Of a stretch of DNA of 64,000 bases, positions 1 to 12,879 are shown one piece after another. The notes below the pieces were generated by a model. That model searched no databases. It saw nothing but the letters and a program-made list of their open reading frames with translations, and was not told where the DNA came from. Positions within the stretch are counted from its first letter, which is position 1, and the number at the start of each line of letters is the position of its first letter. The position numbers were made by a program, and so were the translations under genes. Origin of the DNA: Tricharina praecox (taxonomy: Eukaryota); contig NW_026250406.1 in NCBI RefSeq assembly GCF_024521635.1, positions 496,001 through 560,000 on the forward strand, written 5' to 3'.

Positions 1-198
1 AGAGGTGAGAGATCCTATGCGCGGGGCCTCCGAAACCGAGCTTCCGAGCCACAAGTCTCAGTCAGGATTGCTACAGTACTACACCGAGCCAGCAAATGCA
101 CACCGCCTATAACCTAATGAAGACAATTGCGAATAAGATGAAACAACAAACTCTCCGTACATACACGATACATCACTCGGAGTTTGGTGCGAGGTTAC

Positions 199-397
199 TG
201 TCAAGAAAAGTGGTTTTTTTGAAGTAGTGTACTTACAGTCTGTCAGGCACAGCAGCAATATAGGCATGTGTAGAGGGAGGCGGGTGTGCCCCGAATAGAG
301 ACTGCTCGCCGCCTCCCGTAAGAACGGATAACGGAAGTATTACGACAGAGAGTGATCTCGCATGACGCGGTATACGGAAGTTTGTGATTTTATGACA
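199..397. mobile_element. Solo LTR, family 1 (copy 1)
   Basis: Begins TGTCAAGAAAAGTGG and ends ATGACA (TGTCA/TGACA inverted termini). Perfect 5-bp TSD GTTAC at 194-198 and 398-402. Homologous to 23260-23451 and 27462-27688. Confidence 0.9.
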
Positions 398-484
398 GTT
401 ACGATTCGGATGTGCTGGGGATTCATTCAAGATTCAGACCATTACGCCTGGTTATCGTCTGATTCGTCTGGTGCTATGGCACCC

Positions 485-770
485 TATGGAAACGACAAAG
501 GACACAAGGTCCATATGGACTCTAGCAGGAGGCCTATGATGCCGAATGCGCAGCTATCGACTGAGCACTGGAAGCTGCCGGTAATAGGCGTCACACCCCC
601 AGTAGAGTCATCATCTAAGGGGACGAGCAAGCGGCTGTTAAGAGGATGACACACGATGTCCTTGGCCCCGGCCAGAAATACGCCATCCAGGCACGGAAAC
701 ACATTGCCACCCTCCGCCGAAGAGAGCCCAAGATTACCATTGAGGTTAGATGGTGTTCTGCACATAAACT
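485..770 (+). mobile_element. Degenerate RNase H domain of a fungal non-LTR (LINE/Tad1-like) retrotransposon
   Basis: Broken frames read GHKVHM / QEAYDAECAAID*ALEAA / RVII*GDEQAAVKRMTHDVLGPGQKYAIQARKHIATLRRREPKITIEVRWCSAH. This matches RNase HI motifs (E..AI, D..AA, RW..AH) of fungal LINE pol. Contains in-frame stops and a frameshift. Confidence 0.75.
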
Positions 771-1135
771 TATACAGGCGTCGTTGGGAAGGAGAAGGCA
801 GACGAATGGGCGGCACCACCACCACCCCGCCAACTTGGGGACTGATATAAAAGAACAAACGCAGAACTCAAGGAATTATTTTCAAGAAACGCCGACTTCG
901 GGCCCCGCAAATGAAGATTATCACTAAGCCTTCCTTCACATCCCCATTTTACCTTTCTTGATGGTATGGCGCTTGCCATTGCCTCCGCGACGTTTCCTCA
1001 TTCCGCTGCTTATATAGAACCCAATGTGTTAGATGTATGTCCCTCGTCGTGTTCGGTGGTAGTCGGTGACCTGCCTAGTAATCTTCCTGGTGAACTGACG
1101 GCCGGAAAGGGATTCCCACCCAGCGCAGGATCTAC

Positions 1136-1290
1136 TGGAGTTTCCTCAGTCTCCTCAATCTCCCCAGTCTCTTCGGTCTCTTCAGTCTCTTCAGTCTCTC
1201 TAGTCTCTCTAGTCTCTCTAGTCTCTCTAGCCTGTCTAGCCTCTCTGGCCTCTCTAGCCTCTTTGGCCTCTCTAGCCTCTCCAGTCTCCG
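1136..1290. repeat. 9-bp tandem repeat (AGTCTCTCT / AGCCTCTCT variants)
   Basis: Visible 9-bp period; reads as EAR/ETR/ETE repeats on the minus strand, directly 3' of the zinc-finger pseudogene. Confidence 0.85.
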
Positions 1291-1339
1291 CGGCTCCCTT
1301 GCACTTGGCGTTCCCCTCCCTCTAGACAACGACGTTGTC

Positions 1340-2017
1340 CGGAGGGATCACGTTTCCTTTCTCAAAGGAAACCAGGAGCTCGTAGCTCCGAGGGTCTCAA
1401 AATACCCTCGTGGATTTAGAGATACGTGCAAACCTGCTGGTATGGCTTCGTATCCCCCTTCCCCCTGCATGCCCGCCGCAGTTGAAAATTCCCAGACAAA
1501 CTGGGCAGATCCACTGCGGCACCGCAAGCACCTGATTGTTGGTTAGCTACATAAGCCGCGGCAGAGATACTAAGTGGCAACTTACGTCCTCGAACGGGTC
1601 GAAACCGCAACCCCGCCAGAGATTTCTGGAACACTGGTAGGCCTTGGCACACCGAGTGCACTTGGCCACCCTCCACGTATCGTGCAAAACATTGCACGCG
1701 TGGCAATTGAGGATCTCAGTTTCTTCTCGAGTGCCAGGTCCCCGTCGGTGTTCTCCTAGAATCTAGTCAGTAAACAGTACAAGAAGATGCGGGCGACACA
1801 CATCATACCTCGTCCTCTGCGAGGGACCAGCCCAGGGTCCAACCTCGAGCTGCTCTTGGCAAACAATTGCCAGAGTCTTGCTTGCCAAGTGCTTCAAGCC
1901 CTGTGAAGGGCGAGCGGGCGAAATCCGTGAGGATTCGCAGGATTCTGGATTTGGTTCCCTTGCAGAATGAGGTTGTGGCAGACTCTTCTGGTTCGGGTAT
2001 CCTTCTTGAAAGTGCAT
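1340..2017 (-). pseudogene. Decayed, spliced fragment with a zf-4CXXC_R1-like zinc finger, resembling the C-terminal region of fungal JmjC-domain proteins
   Basis: Pieces in order: SKTLAIVCQEQLEVGPW; intron 1808-~1756 (GTATGA..CTGAC..TAG); NCHACNVLHDTWRVAKCTRCAKAYQCSRNLWRGCGFDPFED; intron 1585-1532 (GTAAGT..CTAAC..CAG); VLAVPQWICPVCLGIFNCG; ACRGKGDTKPY; DPRSYELLVSF. Frameshifts and stops are needed to join them. Family assignment is from remembered motifs. Confidence 0.65.
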
Positions 2018-2589
2018 GGCCGAGTGAGGTTGATGGCGACGACGGGTTCGTTGAAGGTGGACACCTACCGAGGGGTTTGTCGGGCGTTGATATTGATGTT
2101 AATGTTGATGTCTGTGTTGAGGAGAGAGAGAGGGGAGAGAGTGGAGAGGGGAGAAAGAGGAGCCTTTTGTAAGAAAGCGGGGGCTACTTGGTGCGGCTTA
2201 GTGCGGCCGGTGCTGAGCCCCTATCCCTGCACCCCCTCATTCCCGCACACGCCAGAGAACCAGGCAACAGCACCCTAGGGTAAAAGGAATACGGCTCATT
2301 TGCTCTGTTAATTCAGGCTTCTGCTAGTAAATTTGCCTTTTTTCCTTTTTTTTATTATCATTCATTCATTGATTGCATGCGACTTATCTAGATCATGGCA
2401 ATATCATCTACCTGTGCGTCCCCCCGTTTCCACGCCACTGTCCAACCCAACTTTCATCAGACGGCCCGATGTGGCTTTCCCTGCCCTCCGCCCTGGCCTT
2501 TCCCGACAGTATGTGAACTCACCAAGCAGAGACAGAGCTAGGAAGGGGCAACAATCGTTCCCTCTCGCCACGTCCGTCTTCACCGTTCG

Positions 2590-2870
2590 CCCCGCACCCG
2601 CGCCCCCCCGTAATCGCTCCTCACACCCGCCCCCGCCCGCGCCTCCGCGCCTCCGCGCCTCCGCGCCCCCGCGCTCCTACGCCCCTACGCCCTCGAGTCT
2701 TCGCACCGCTACCGCGAGTCTCTGGTCCGCTATTCTACATCGCTTGGCTCCTCAGCTTCAGCGTCCTCCTCCTCCTCCTCGGCCTCGGCACCCTCCTCCT
2801 CCTCGGCCTCGGCACCCTCCTCCTCCTCCTCCTCGAGTCGCCTCAGTTCCGCTCTCTCTTCCCGCTCCCT
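2590..2870. repeat. Low-complexity C-rich tract with a 24-bp repeat (CCTCCTCCTCCTCGGCCTCGGCAC)
   Basis: Directly visible; accounts for the Pro-rich and Glu-rich ORFs in the track. Confidence 0.7.
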
Positions 2871-3109
2871 GAGCCTCCCACTCGGATGCCTCGCTTGCTG
2901 CATTTTCCTCGTCGGCCTCTGGCATCTGTCTGCCCACATCAGTGGTGGAGAGGGACTTTAGGATGGCCTTGCTATATCGCTTGTCTACGAAGAGGTCCCG
3001 GATTTCAAAACGGTCTTTGCCCCTCCTTGTCTTGTCTGCTACCTACCTTCTGCCCAGAATGTCTTTAATCGCGTCGAGATCGTCATGACTGATGGAGGCA
3101 AAAGAGATA

Positions 3110-3197
3110 CTCTCTGTCAGGGAATTGAACCCTGGTCTCCCGCGGACTATCATGTGATGATGACAGGCGGAAATACTAACCACTATACTAACAGAGA
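3110..3197 (-). tRNA. tRNA-Asp(GTC) with 16-nt intron (3145-3160)
   Basis: Reverse complement: TCTCTGTTAGTATAGTGGTTAGTATTTCCGCCTGTCA[intron]CGCGGGAGACCAGGGTTCAATTCCCTGACAGAGAG. 72-nt mature cloverleaf with A and B boxes, intron after position 37, TTTT terminator. Confidence 0.97.
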
Positions 3198-3607
3198 CTT
3201 GTGTGTTAATTTTGCATGTTTAAGTTTTATAGCATATAAAAATCTCGACGCAGCGAACGTTGTCGGCGTGTTTGGTTTGCAGGTCATTTGTCGTTTCGTT
3301 GGTCGTGATGGCTAGGGCTCTCAAGAGTCGGCGGGTTATTACCGGCATGTATTCCAGAGTAGGTGCACCGTTCACTAAAACAAGCAACAGATTGAGCGTA
3401 AAACCTGACTCGTCAAGACGTTATTGCGCAGACGGTTACATAAAAGTGAGCATAATTGAAAGACTACCCACGGTTCGTGTGCATGCCAGGCTGCCGGCAA
3501 GCACCCCCGCCCAGCTACGGCTCGCTAGATATCCGCCTTCACACGAGTGCTAGTATCCATCGATTTCGACCGACTATGAAAAACAACCGAACATCCTCTT
3601 ATGTACC

Positions 3608-5450
3608 TCATGACCGAGGTGTGAAAACCATCTTCAATGGCTGCAACTGCATCGTGTAGTAATCCTTCTGGTTATTGCAGTAGTTGAGCGTGTCTTCGCC
3701 GTCTGCGAACGCCGTGTCGAAGTTCATTACCACTCGGCACAGGACCATCCTCATCTCCATCACGGCCATCGGTTTGCCAGCGCAGCCGTAGGGACCTATT
3801 ATCGTTAGGTGGAGGTGCCGGGAGGAGGGGAGGCATGTTACATACCAATCGAGAAGGGGATAAACGCCTTGGGATCCTTCACAAGCTCCGGCTGGTCGGT
3901 CCAGCGCTCGGGGATGAATTCTTCTGGGCGCTCGAAGTAACGCCCGTCTCTGTGGACGGCGTACGTGGGTACGCTGACGGTGACATCGCCGGGGATGTAG
4001 ACTCCGTTGATGGTCATTCCCGCCTTCGGTGTGGTGCGCGTAAGGCTTAGTGTCACCGGGGGTTGCAGCCGCAAGGTCTCGTTGATTACCGCGTCCACGT
4101 AGGGGATCTCCCCGGCGGCGGCTGTGGTGTACGCGCTGTCGCCTGCCGGGAATGCCTCCGAGAGGATGTGCTGCAGTTTGCGCTGGACGCGGGGGTTCGC
4201 GGCGAGGTAGTAGAAGAAGCCGGCGAGGGCCGAGGCGGTAGTATCGCTGCCGGCGATGATCATGAGACGGCCGTCGTCGTTGCGTCCCTCGTCGGCGAGC
4301 TTGCCGAGTCCGCATCGGTCGTCTTGGAGGAGGGTGGTGGCAATATCGGTCGATTTGGCGGAGGGGTTGAAGGTCTGTAATCCGCATTGCATCAGCAGCG
4401 CACAACAGGGAATCGGCACGGAGAGTGTCAAGACGCGCGTACCCGGATCTTCTCATCCACCTGTGTTCTGCACCATGCCTGGAAGTCTCTGAGCGTGGCT
4501 CCCGCACCAGGAATCTGCAACATCAACGTAATCAACCACGGCACCTGTCCGACCACGCCGAGAATGAACATGGCCGACATCAAGTTCTTCACGCTGTCGT
4601 GCATCTTCAGCGTGTCGATCATCCCGTAACTCTTCCCCAAGCCCACCCATCCCATAAAGTCCATGGCAAAGAATCTCGCCCAATCGGTGATATCGATCGC
4701 CTCCCCAGCATGCGTATGTAGTTGTTCCAAGAGTTTGTCGGTGAGTACCTTGCCCTTGGGCTCATACGACGAGAGCATGGTCCCGTTGAATGCGCGGTCC
4801 CAGGCGCGCCGCCGCATAGCGTGATGAGCTCGACTCCGACTCAGAAGGACCGAGCAGTGGTCTTCGCGTGCTTGGTGGCGGTAGAAAACAGCGCGAATGC
4901 ACGGCGAGGACGAGCTGTATATCGCGTGGGTTGCGCCGGGAGCGGCGATGGAGAGCTCACGAGGGCCTGTATATAGCGTGAGCCGTTAGATCCCCGAGCC
5001 TTGCGATCATCACCGGAGTCGATTCAACCTACCAATCCGTACGAAATCTCCGTACTTCTCGTGCAGCTGCTGCGTCTCCAAGTGGCCTTGACACTTCTTC
5101 CAGATGTTCATCAAGAAATAGAACTTGGTGGCTCTCGCCGCAACGGGTCCCTTGAACCCCCGCAACCTGTGGAAGAACAGCCTGTAGATGAGGATACTCG
5201 CTGCGAGCGCAGTATTGAACCCTGCCGCGGCCACGCCGGATTTCTGTAGTCCATCGAGTAGTGAACTGGTGGGTAGGTAGAAGAGGTAAGTCAAGCCGGC
5301 GAAGACGGTGGCGTAGAGGCCGAAGAGTTCCAGGAGGACAAAGTCGGGTTCCAGATGGAGAGTCGAGAAGTGGTAGGCGGCGCCAAGAACGCCGGAGACG
5401 CCAAAGATGTGCACGGGGGCCGCATTCGCGAGCGTTGAAAGTGTAGACAT
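3608..5450 (-). CDS. Cytochrome P450 monooxygenase, 4 exons (5450-5033, 4966-4443, 4374-3846, 3795-3608), ~552 aa
   Basis: N-terminal hydrophobic segments, KYGDFVRIGPREL, I-helix AGSDTT, ETLR, PERW, heme motif FSIGPYGCAG. Three canonical GT-AG introns give an open 1659-nt frame. Confidence 0.95.
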
Positions 5451-5904
5451 CGTTGCAGCGGTCGATAATGGGAGCTCGAGATAACGTCGGCGAGTCACCT
5501 CGTTCTTATACCGCGACAACAAGTACGCTCAATGCCCTATCGCAACGTGCTGCGCTTGGCTCCGGATCCTGTGGTATGCATACCACCTTCCCTTTCCCTT
5601 TCCTGTCCGTAGATCATACCGGATCTCTCCGAGGGAAAAATGATCGATACGTTTGAGAGCTATAGCCTACCGGATGCGGACAAGTACAAAATCGTCTCCA
5701 CTTTGACGACCAGTGCTCCGCCGGCACGCGTGTACATAGAGTAGATCGATAAACCAGCCCGATATCCTGTAACCCACCTATAGCGTAGTTTCATGCTAAA
5801 AGCTAAGAACTGCCGACGAAAGGCCCATGCAATGTACGATGCCATAGCTATATATGCCCATTGAGAATTCTAGATCCATCTTGAGCAAGGTTCGATCCCG
5901 GCGT

Positions 5905-5995
5905 TTATCGAGTAGTAGGAGTAGTAATCATAGTAGTAGTAGCAGTAGCGGTAGTAGTAATAGCCGTAGTAGTACTGGGTAGATATGTAGTAGCG
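5905..5995. repeat. Degenerate (AGT)n microsatellite
   Basis: Runs of agtagtagt visible. Confidence 0.7.
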
Positions 5996-6229
5996 CATGT
6001 TGAGCTTGCTACGTCAGCTGCTACTTGTCTCAGAGTCGAATAGCATGGGCCAGGGATGAAATATGCGTATCATACATACATTGCGGGGCCGGGACATACT
6101 ATAGCTAGTGAATACATAGGAGGAGATGGTCGGTGATCAATGGTGATGCATCTGGTAGAGCAGAGCAGAGCAATGGAGCAGCCCCGGAATCGCTCTCTCT
6201 TCCGTCCACCGGTCCGGAGACGATTGACA

Positions 6230-6508
6230 TCCGTTCTTGAAGCTCTGTTGCACGACGTTTTCCAGGTGTGGCTGGCGAAGAACGCGGAAGTACGTATGTG
6301 AGTATGTGCAGATGTGCGGATGTGCGGGTGTGCTAATGTGCACTGCGGAAGTGCGGAAGGGACTGATCCGAATAGGGAAGCGTCGGTCAACACCACGAAT
6401 TGGGCACTGCGGAGTGTCGCCATAGTCTAGTACATAAGTCGGGACTCGGGCGCTGCAGCAAACGAGATGTGCACAGCATAGAGTAGTAAAGAGAAGGGTA
6501 GGGTTCAT
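6230..6508 (-). pseudogene. Possible 5' fragment of a secreted Vps62-like gene
   Basis: Signal-peptide-like MNPTLLFTTLCCAHLVCC, then VPTYVLDY and later HICTYSHTYFR..QPHLENVV. This resembles the Vps62-family start (P.YVLDYAP.VHL.S...YFPSD...HL.N). The rest of the domain is not found. Confidence 0.35.
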
Positions 6509-9500
6509 CGTATCTAGCAGTATGCATAGGTTGGGGTGAAACGCAATAATGTTCGGCTATTTTTCGTCAACACTAAGCGGGGAAGAAATAGGCAGCAACA
6601 AAGAACGGAAGAGATGAACTCAATGGAACACGCTACAGCGAAATAAGTCAATTAAGTGCTTACTGCTATATCAGAGACAACAAAATCGAGGAATGCGCGC
6701 AAGATCCAGGTCACAGTCGATCACTCAGTCGAAATGGTGACGGCGGGTAATATTTCGCGGATACTGTCTCAAAGTGGAGCTAAATGGCGGTCAACTAGGG
6801 AAGACGGTGCCTGTAGTAGCATTGAAAAAGTGCTGTCGCCACCATTGAAGGTTACTCTCCGAGCCTCCACCCCGACGCATTATAACTCCTACCACGATCT
6901 TGCCAATGCATGGCCAAGTGCTGTTGGCGACCAGGTTCATTTTGCTTACCCGCTGGTCTCGCAGAAGTAATCCACAATGCCAGGCAGCCAGGGTCTCGAC
7001 CTTATCCGACCTCCGCGGCCTTCTTGCAAACTGCAGACTGCAGTAACTTCACATTTTCGCACGTGAAGGTTTTTCACGGCCCTCTGCCTGACTGCCATCC
7101 ATTCTCGGAAGAAACTTCGACAATACTGCTCTAATTTAATGATTTTCTCTCGTCTCGTGTATACTGGCACGCGTGCAGTGTGATGAGCTACTTATGTTAT
7201 GACTCCCGAGTAGCGCCAATACTTCGCTCGAGCTGCACTCTAGCAGCAACATCAGATCTTCCGGCCATCTCCCGTCTACCGTAGCCTACCCCTTTCCTCC
7301 GTCTCCCGCTGTGGATGGTGAGGCGCTGGTTCGCGGGCGGGCGACTTCAATAGCTAGTATGGTGTACTAACGGCGCAGCTGCGCTCTTTTGTCCGACTCC
7401 ACTATGTATCCACCGCTCGTTCGCTCTCCGCTCGCTCTCGGTCTTCGTCGTCGCTGAGTTGCCTGGGATGGTGGCTGAAGATAACTACTTAGCGCAAGGC
7501 GCATATGCATGCCCGGGGAGTCGGGGACTTGATTTTGCGCTGCGCGTAGGCTTACCTTGTATTAGACGACGACGGCTAACTGCCTACAGGCTACCATACA
7601 GCCAGGCAATCACATATGCTTTGTGCTGGCACGGGGGGCCGAGGTGCGTTTCTTGCGAGGATGCCTGGAGGTGCCTGGCGAATCATGGAGAGATGCTTGC
7701 ACCGCTTTGGCAGGCAGCCGGAGATTTTAACCGGTTGTGCATATATGGCGCTAGTTTGTCGCTAGACTTCTTTCGCGAGCCGTTACACACGAGCATGGCT
7801 GCCTATTTTTTTTTGGTCACAGTAATGCATTTACTTTCCGGTTGCGATCTCATTTGCACCATTCGGATCCTTTATTCCCACCCACCAGGTTTCCTCCACT
7901 GTCGCTGTCTCCGGTATGGGAAACATAAGGCATCCCATCCAGCTTGTTGGAACGTGCCAATCACCTCTAAGCTCCAGGGGGGTGAATCAGACATCCAGGC
8001 AGCAATCCAAATTCTAGTTGGGCCTAGAAGTGTCGGGCCTCCTATGTATGAGGATAAACTTTCCTCAGATCTAGATAAGTAATCTGCATAGCTATTTAGG
8101 TGGTGGAATTAGCTGTTGCCTGATGGGTGCCTACCGCCACGTAGTAAATATGATATGAATAGCGTCCCTTCAACTATCGGGAGAGCCGAACTGTTGCCTT
8201 GAAGAGAATCATTCGCTGTGCCGGAATAGAAAGCAAATTTGTACTCGAACATGTCCTTCAACTTCTTTGCGCCATTAATTCTGTCTCGTCTCAGGTATTC
8301 CTGGTTCTACATGACTGCCTAGACGCCCTACCCACGGAGTCAAACGCCAGATTTCTTCTCTGTCAGGCACGGTGATGCTAATGCGACATCGCAAATGACT
8401 CAATACGCACTTCGAAAAGTTGCAATGTACTATCCTTCTCTGCGATGCCTTTGTAGCGACTCGCTCCCCTGAGTTTCTTCCCTTCGGACCTTCCTTCTGA
8501 GAATCCGACGTCTGTGCTTCCGAGTAAGCCGCGTTGAGTCGGACCGCACCGCCCGCCTGTAAGAGCTCTTATGTCTAGATCTCGAAGTCCGGTTTTGCAG
8601 ACAGCTCCTCATCCCCATTAACAAATCATAAGATCGAAGGAAAGCACGAATTGCATCGTCTTGCATGCAGAAAGCCAGACTAAGCTGACGGTTACGATAT
8701 GTAGATACATATGAGGACTCCGCGGTGCCAAGTAAAGAGGAAACGAACAGGAAACGAACAAGAAACACACGACGATTTTCTGTTTAATCATCATTGCATT
8801 CGACCTTAGTAGAGCATGACAGATTACGTGTCGTATTCCGCCCGGCTGTCTCGGACCGCTGGCCGGTCGCGAGCTCGATACCGGTTCCCTATTGATTTCC
8901 GCCCAGCCCTCCCCGCTCAATCCTCCCCGCACCACCCTCCAGGCGCAACCCTCCTCCGGCGCGACCACCGTAGAACCCTCTCCACTGAACCCGACAGATA
9001 GAAAGAAAGACAGAAAGACAGACAGCAATGCAGAAGGAAAGAGAGAATGAGAGAATGAAGGTACTAGGTAGTCCAGTTCTCGCCCGGTCCAACCTCCTGT
9101 GAGTTCCACTAAGAAGTCCAGTTTTTTATCCCTGCCGCCCGTGTTTTCCTCCGCCCGCGGTCCTCGTTCGTCTGAATCCTCTTTCTCGCCCTCACACGAC
9201 GAGTGATACTGTGCGTTACCGCAGCAACGGCGATAAAACAGCGAGTGAATTTCTGTGACTCGCTCGACCGGTTGGTATGTAAATGACGAGGGGGAGAAAG
9301 ACATGCGATCCAATCCAATACAGTCCGAACACGAAGATCGGTCGGATAGGTACAACACCGTTATGAGTCGACTCCAGAGTTTCCTCGTTCCGTCCCTCCC
9401 CCGTACCTGCGCATCTCGTGGGATCTGATCGCTGACAGCTGTGGGAGCCCGCTCCGGCTCCGCCCCAATACATGCATGTGTGTAGGTGTAGGAGGCCAAA

Positions 9501-10844
9501 TGGAGTCGGGGACTGGGGGTGAAGGGGAAGGGGCAGCGAAAGAACGACCTGTCACCTGTCAACCAAGCCGACTGCTGGCAGTACATCACAAACGCCCACT
9601 CGTGTTACTCCATATAGTTTAGTGTGCATAACTGTCCGATAGGAACCGTGGGGCTGAATCCTGTTCTCTCCACCTCGCACAATTCCATCGTGTGTATCAG
9701 CACGGGGCGCACGACGCAGGGGTAATGGCATCTACCGCTGTGTATGGAACTTACCGTGCGTTACGTGGGCAGCCCTATCAACAGTGACGGAGTTTGCTTT
9801 TTTGGTGGAAGTGTGGGGGAATTTGGTCTGAGCCGTCGTAGGAGATTCCGTGATACGACCTACGGGATGGCTCCCTTCTCGACTCTCGAGGTGGATCGAA
9901 CTCGAGGGGCGAGACGGAACGAGGTGGAGGTGCGAGGGGTGTGCGTGCACAGTGCGCGTTCTGCCTTGCGGCGACCTAGATTATGGCCAATGGGTGAGCA
10001 ACAACCTGTGAAGCCTGTGGTTTGTGGTGGCTGTAAGACTCGATAACGTATCGGTTGATGTGATGGACGGTGATTCACACTTCTGCTTGGGTTTACTTCT
10101 GAAGACACCGAATCGCAAACGAAGGTTGAGCATGAGAGAACGTGGGTGGGGGGGTGGAGTGATCAAGCCGAGCTTCGTTGGTAGGACAAAATGCTCAGCC
10201 GCCCACCTGGTCTCGTCCGGAATCCGAGCCCTGTGACCACATCCCTAGGCTTCCATCGTCCGGTCGCGTATCATCGATAAAGCTTTGGCGGTATATCCTG
10301 CTGGTGGTGACGTATCTCCATAGTTTCCATTTTACTTTCGCTTGCTCACCTTACGGCTTTCTAGAAAGTATCCCATCTATGCTTACACCGATTGCCTGTA
10401 TGTACTCTACATCTTAGCTGTGAAGAATAATATGGGTCACTGCGGAGAGTCGAGACATCACTCTTGCATAGGCACAGTTGCATACGGTTGTGGTACAACC
10501 ACCTCGCTTGTCCCAGTCCTTCATTGGTTCAGCGAGTACGAATCACCAGCTCGTGTGGTGACGAGCAATGTGCTGCGCCCCGAGGAACGGTCCTCTCGCT
10601 GAAGTTTTATCGCGATGAAGTTTATAATATAAAGCCGATGATTCCACTCCGACAAGATGCATCGTTGCGGCATCCACCGACGTCCTACATTCGTTACCGA
10701 AAGTTCCAAGTTCAACGTTCAAACCAACTCTGATCTACATACCATATCGATCGCGGGATCATGACTGCAGGCGAAGCACGTGTTGGTCATACCGTCATAG
10801 CTTGCGCTTTCTCCTATTCGGATCGTACTCACAGGCAGCCTTAG

Positions 10845-11215
10845 ACATTAGCCCTCGACCGCACGCACCGGTTCTTCGTCAGCCACGTCCTCCCGATCGG
10901 CCTGGGCATAGTCGGCTGTGCGTTCGGCATCGTGGCCGTCAAGCTCGCGTACAAATCCCTCGAGGAGAGCCGCCTCGCTAGTTCGTGGGCTCGCTACACC
11001 TACGACTTAGCGATAATCGAAGCAAGAATGTCCCTGATGTCGCTATGCGCACAGACGCCGGTAAGCCCCTCCCCCGCGCGCTTATTCGTGACCGAGCTGA
11101 CTAGAGCAAACAGGAAGTGGACAACGTCACCTGCGCCGAAGTCAGGACGTGGGAGTACCTTCTATCCGCCCTGAAGGTACTGCGGCCGCAGGGAGGTCCC
11201 CCCGTCGGGAGGTAG
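10845..11215 (+). pseudogene. Small spliced ORF or relic with one hydrophobic segment, unknown function
   Basis: HVLPIGLGIVGCAFGIVAVKLAYK...CAQTP, intron 11061-11113 (GTAAGC..CTGAC..CAG), then EVDNVTCAEVRTWEYLLSALKVLRPQGGPPVGR*. Start codon unclear. Confidence 0.3.
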
Positions 11216-11705
11216 CTCCTAGCGATCCGACGCGGTTGAAAGTTTAAACTGCTGTGGACGGATACGGCCATGTCGATGGCGGGTGATGGCGGTTGAGGTT
11301 GAGTTTGCGAGCTGGTTGCGAGCTGGCTGGGGGCATTGGGAGGGCAGGAATACGGGGGGTATTGGAGCTGCAGCACGTTTTGGTAACTTGGAGATGGATC
11401 ATGGGAGCGAGGGACTGGTCTCTTGCTTTTGTTTGGGAGACGCTGCTGAGATGACTACTGAGCCAGTGCGCGGGAGGATAACCCTGGTTAATAGGAGTAT
11501 GGAGCTGCATACAATGTAGGTAAACTAAAAAATCTGCATGCCTATTTTATACCTTCTTGTCGCACGCGTTGGTGCCTTAAGGTATGAGCGCGACAGTTCG
11601 CAGGAGCTCAACAGTCGGGAGTCGCATGTAAATGGCGACTAATTGAAACTAATTACGAATGGATGTATGATATTTGCCATTGAGCTTGGTCACCAATCAC
11701 GTGAG

Positions 11706-11790
11706 TCTCTGTTAGTATAGTGGTTAGTATTTCCGCCTGTCATTCCATGATAGTTCGCGGGAGACCAGGGTTCAATTCCCTGACAGAGAG
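11706..11790 (+). tRNA. tRNA-Asp(GTC) with 13-nt intron (11743-11755)
   Basis: Exons identical to the 3110-3197 copy; followed by a TTCTTTTT Pol III terminator. Confidence 0.97.
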
Positions 11791-12879
11791 TTCTTTTTGT
11801 CCTCACCCCATCGAATGGTGGGGGAAATGAAGGACGTTTGTCTACTTTTCCTGCAGGCTGGCGTGGTGAAGGATCGGTCTTGAGTTGTGCCAATTGCCAA
11901 AGCAATTGTGTGGCGGAGCAACGGTGGCGTTAAGGTTAGGGTTGAACACGTGAGGACCATCAGCTGCACGTGCCCTTGATCCAGAGTATATACCGGTCGT
12001 GATTGTAGAGCCGAGTTTGCGGGGCGAGCGGTCTCACAAATCACTGGGGATTTTTATTGTCCGCAACTTTGCAGTCCATGGATTATCCTATTACTATTGT
12101 ATGACTTTTAGCATTCCGGAACGCACGCGAGTACCAGTAGAGTGGACTACTTGACAACGGGAGTGACACTCTACTATTTACTCTATTTTTTGCTTGAAGA
12201 TCGGGCAGAGATCGCGGCGCGATGGATGGACCGTGACATCATGCATCATACACTAACTTCACACTGGTTCTTTGTGGCCATGTAAGCGAGAAAAAATGGG
12301 ATCTTTAACTTCAGCGGGATTAAGCTTTGCAATCTATCTATATTTCCACAGGACTCGGTACCAACTGCCTCCGAAGACGTCCATACAGAGTCACCCAAGG
12401 CCATCACTACAAAGTACAGTAGTTGAAAGGGAGTACCAAGCTCACCTGGGACGGCACGATTATGCTTTTAATGTACTCGAGAATGTTAAGGCTACTAGCA
12501 CTCGACCGAATAAGTTGCACTGTTTAGAATTGACACTGAAATTATGAACCATGTATTTCGAAGAGTAACATTACAACCAACTAGAAACGCAAAATCCACC
12601 AAACGTCCGACTGCACTGTTAAGAAGTAAATGACTAAGAAACAGGTTTGAATTGAATAACTTGTTGAACTGCAAATTTATTTGCAGACCCACCCCCGGCC
12701 TCCCTCTATCCACCTGCTCGTGGGTCCTCCGAACGCATTATGCATGCAAATCGATACCAAAGACAGTCGCAGACTCACAGTTCATCTGCTTCTGGTTGAT
12801 AGTATCATAGTCGAGATACATTCCCTTCTGTGCGTTCCAGAGGTACCTGTTGATCAGGATTTGACGCTTCCGTGCGGAT

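Noticed and set aside
8618..9589. 323-aa minus-strand ORF
   Set aside because: No recognisable motif; the composition looks like translated low-complexity non-coding DNA.
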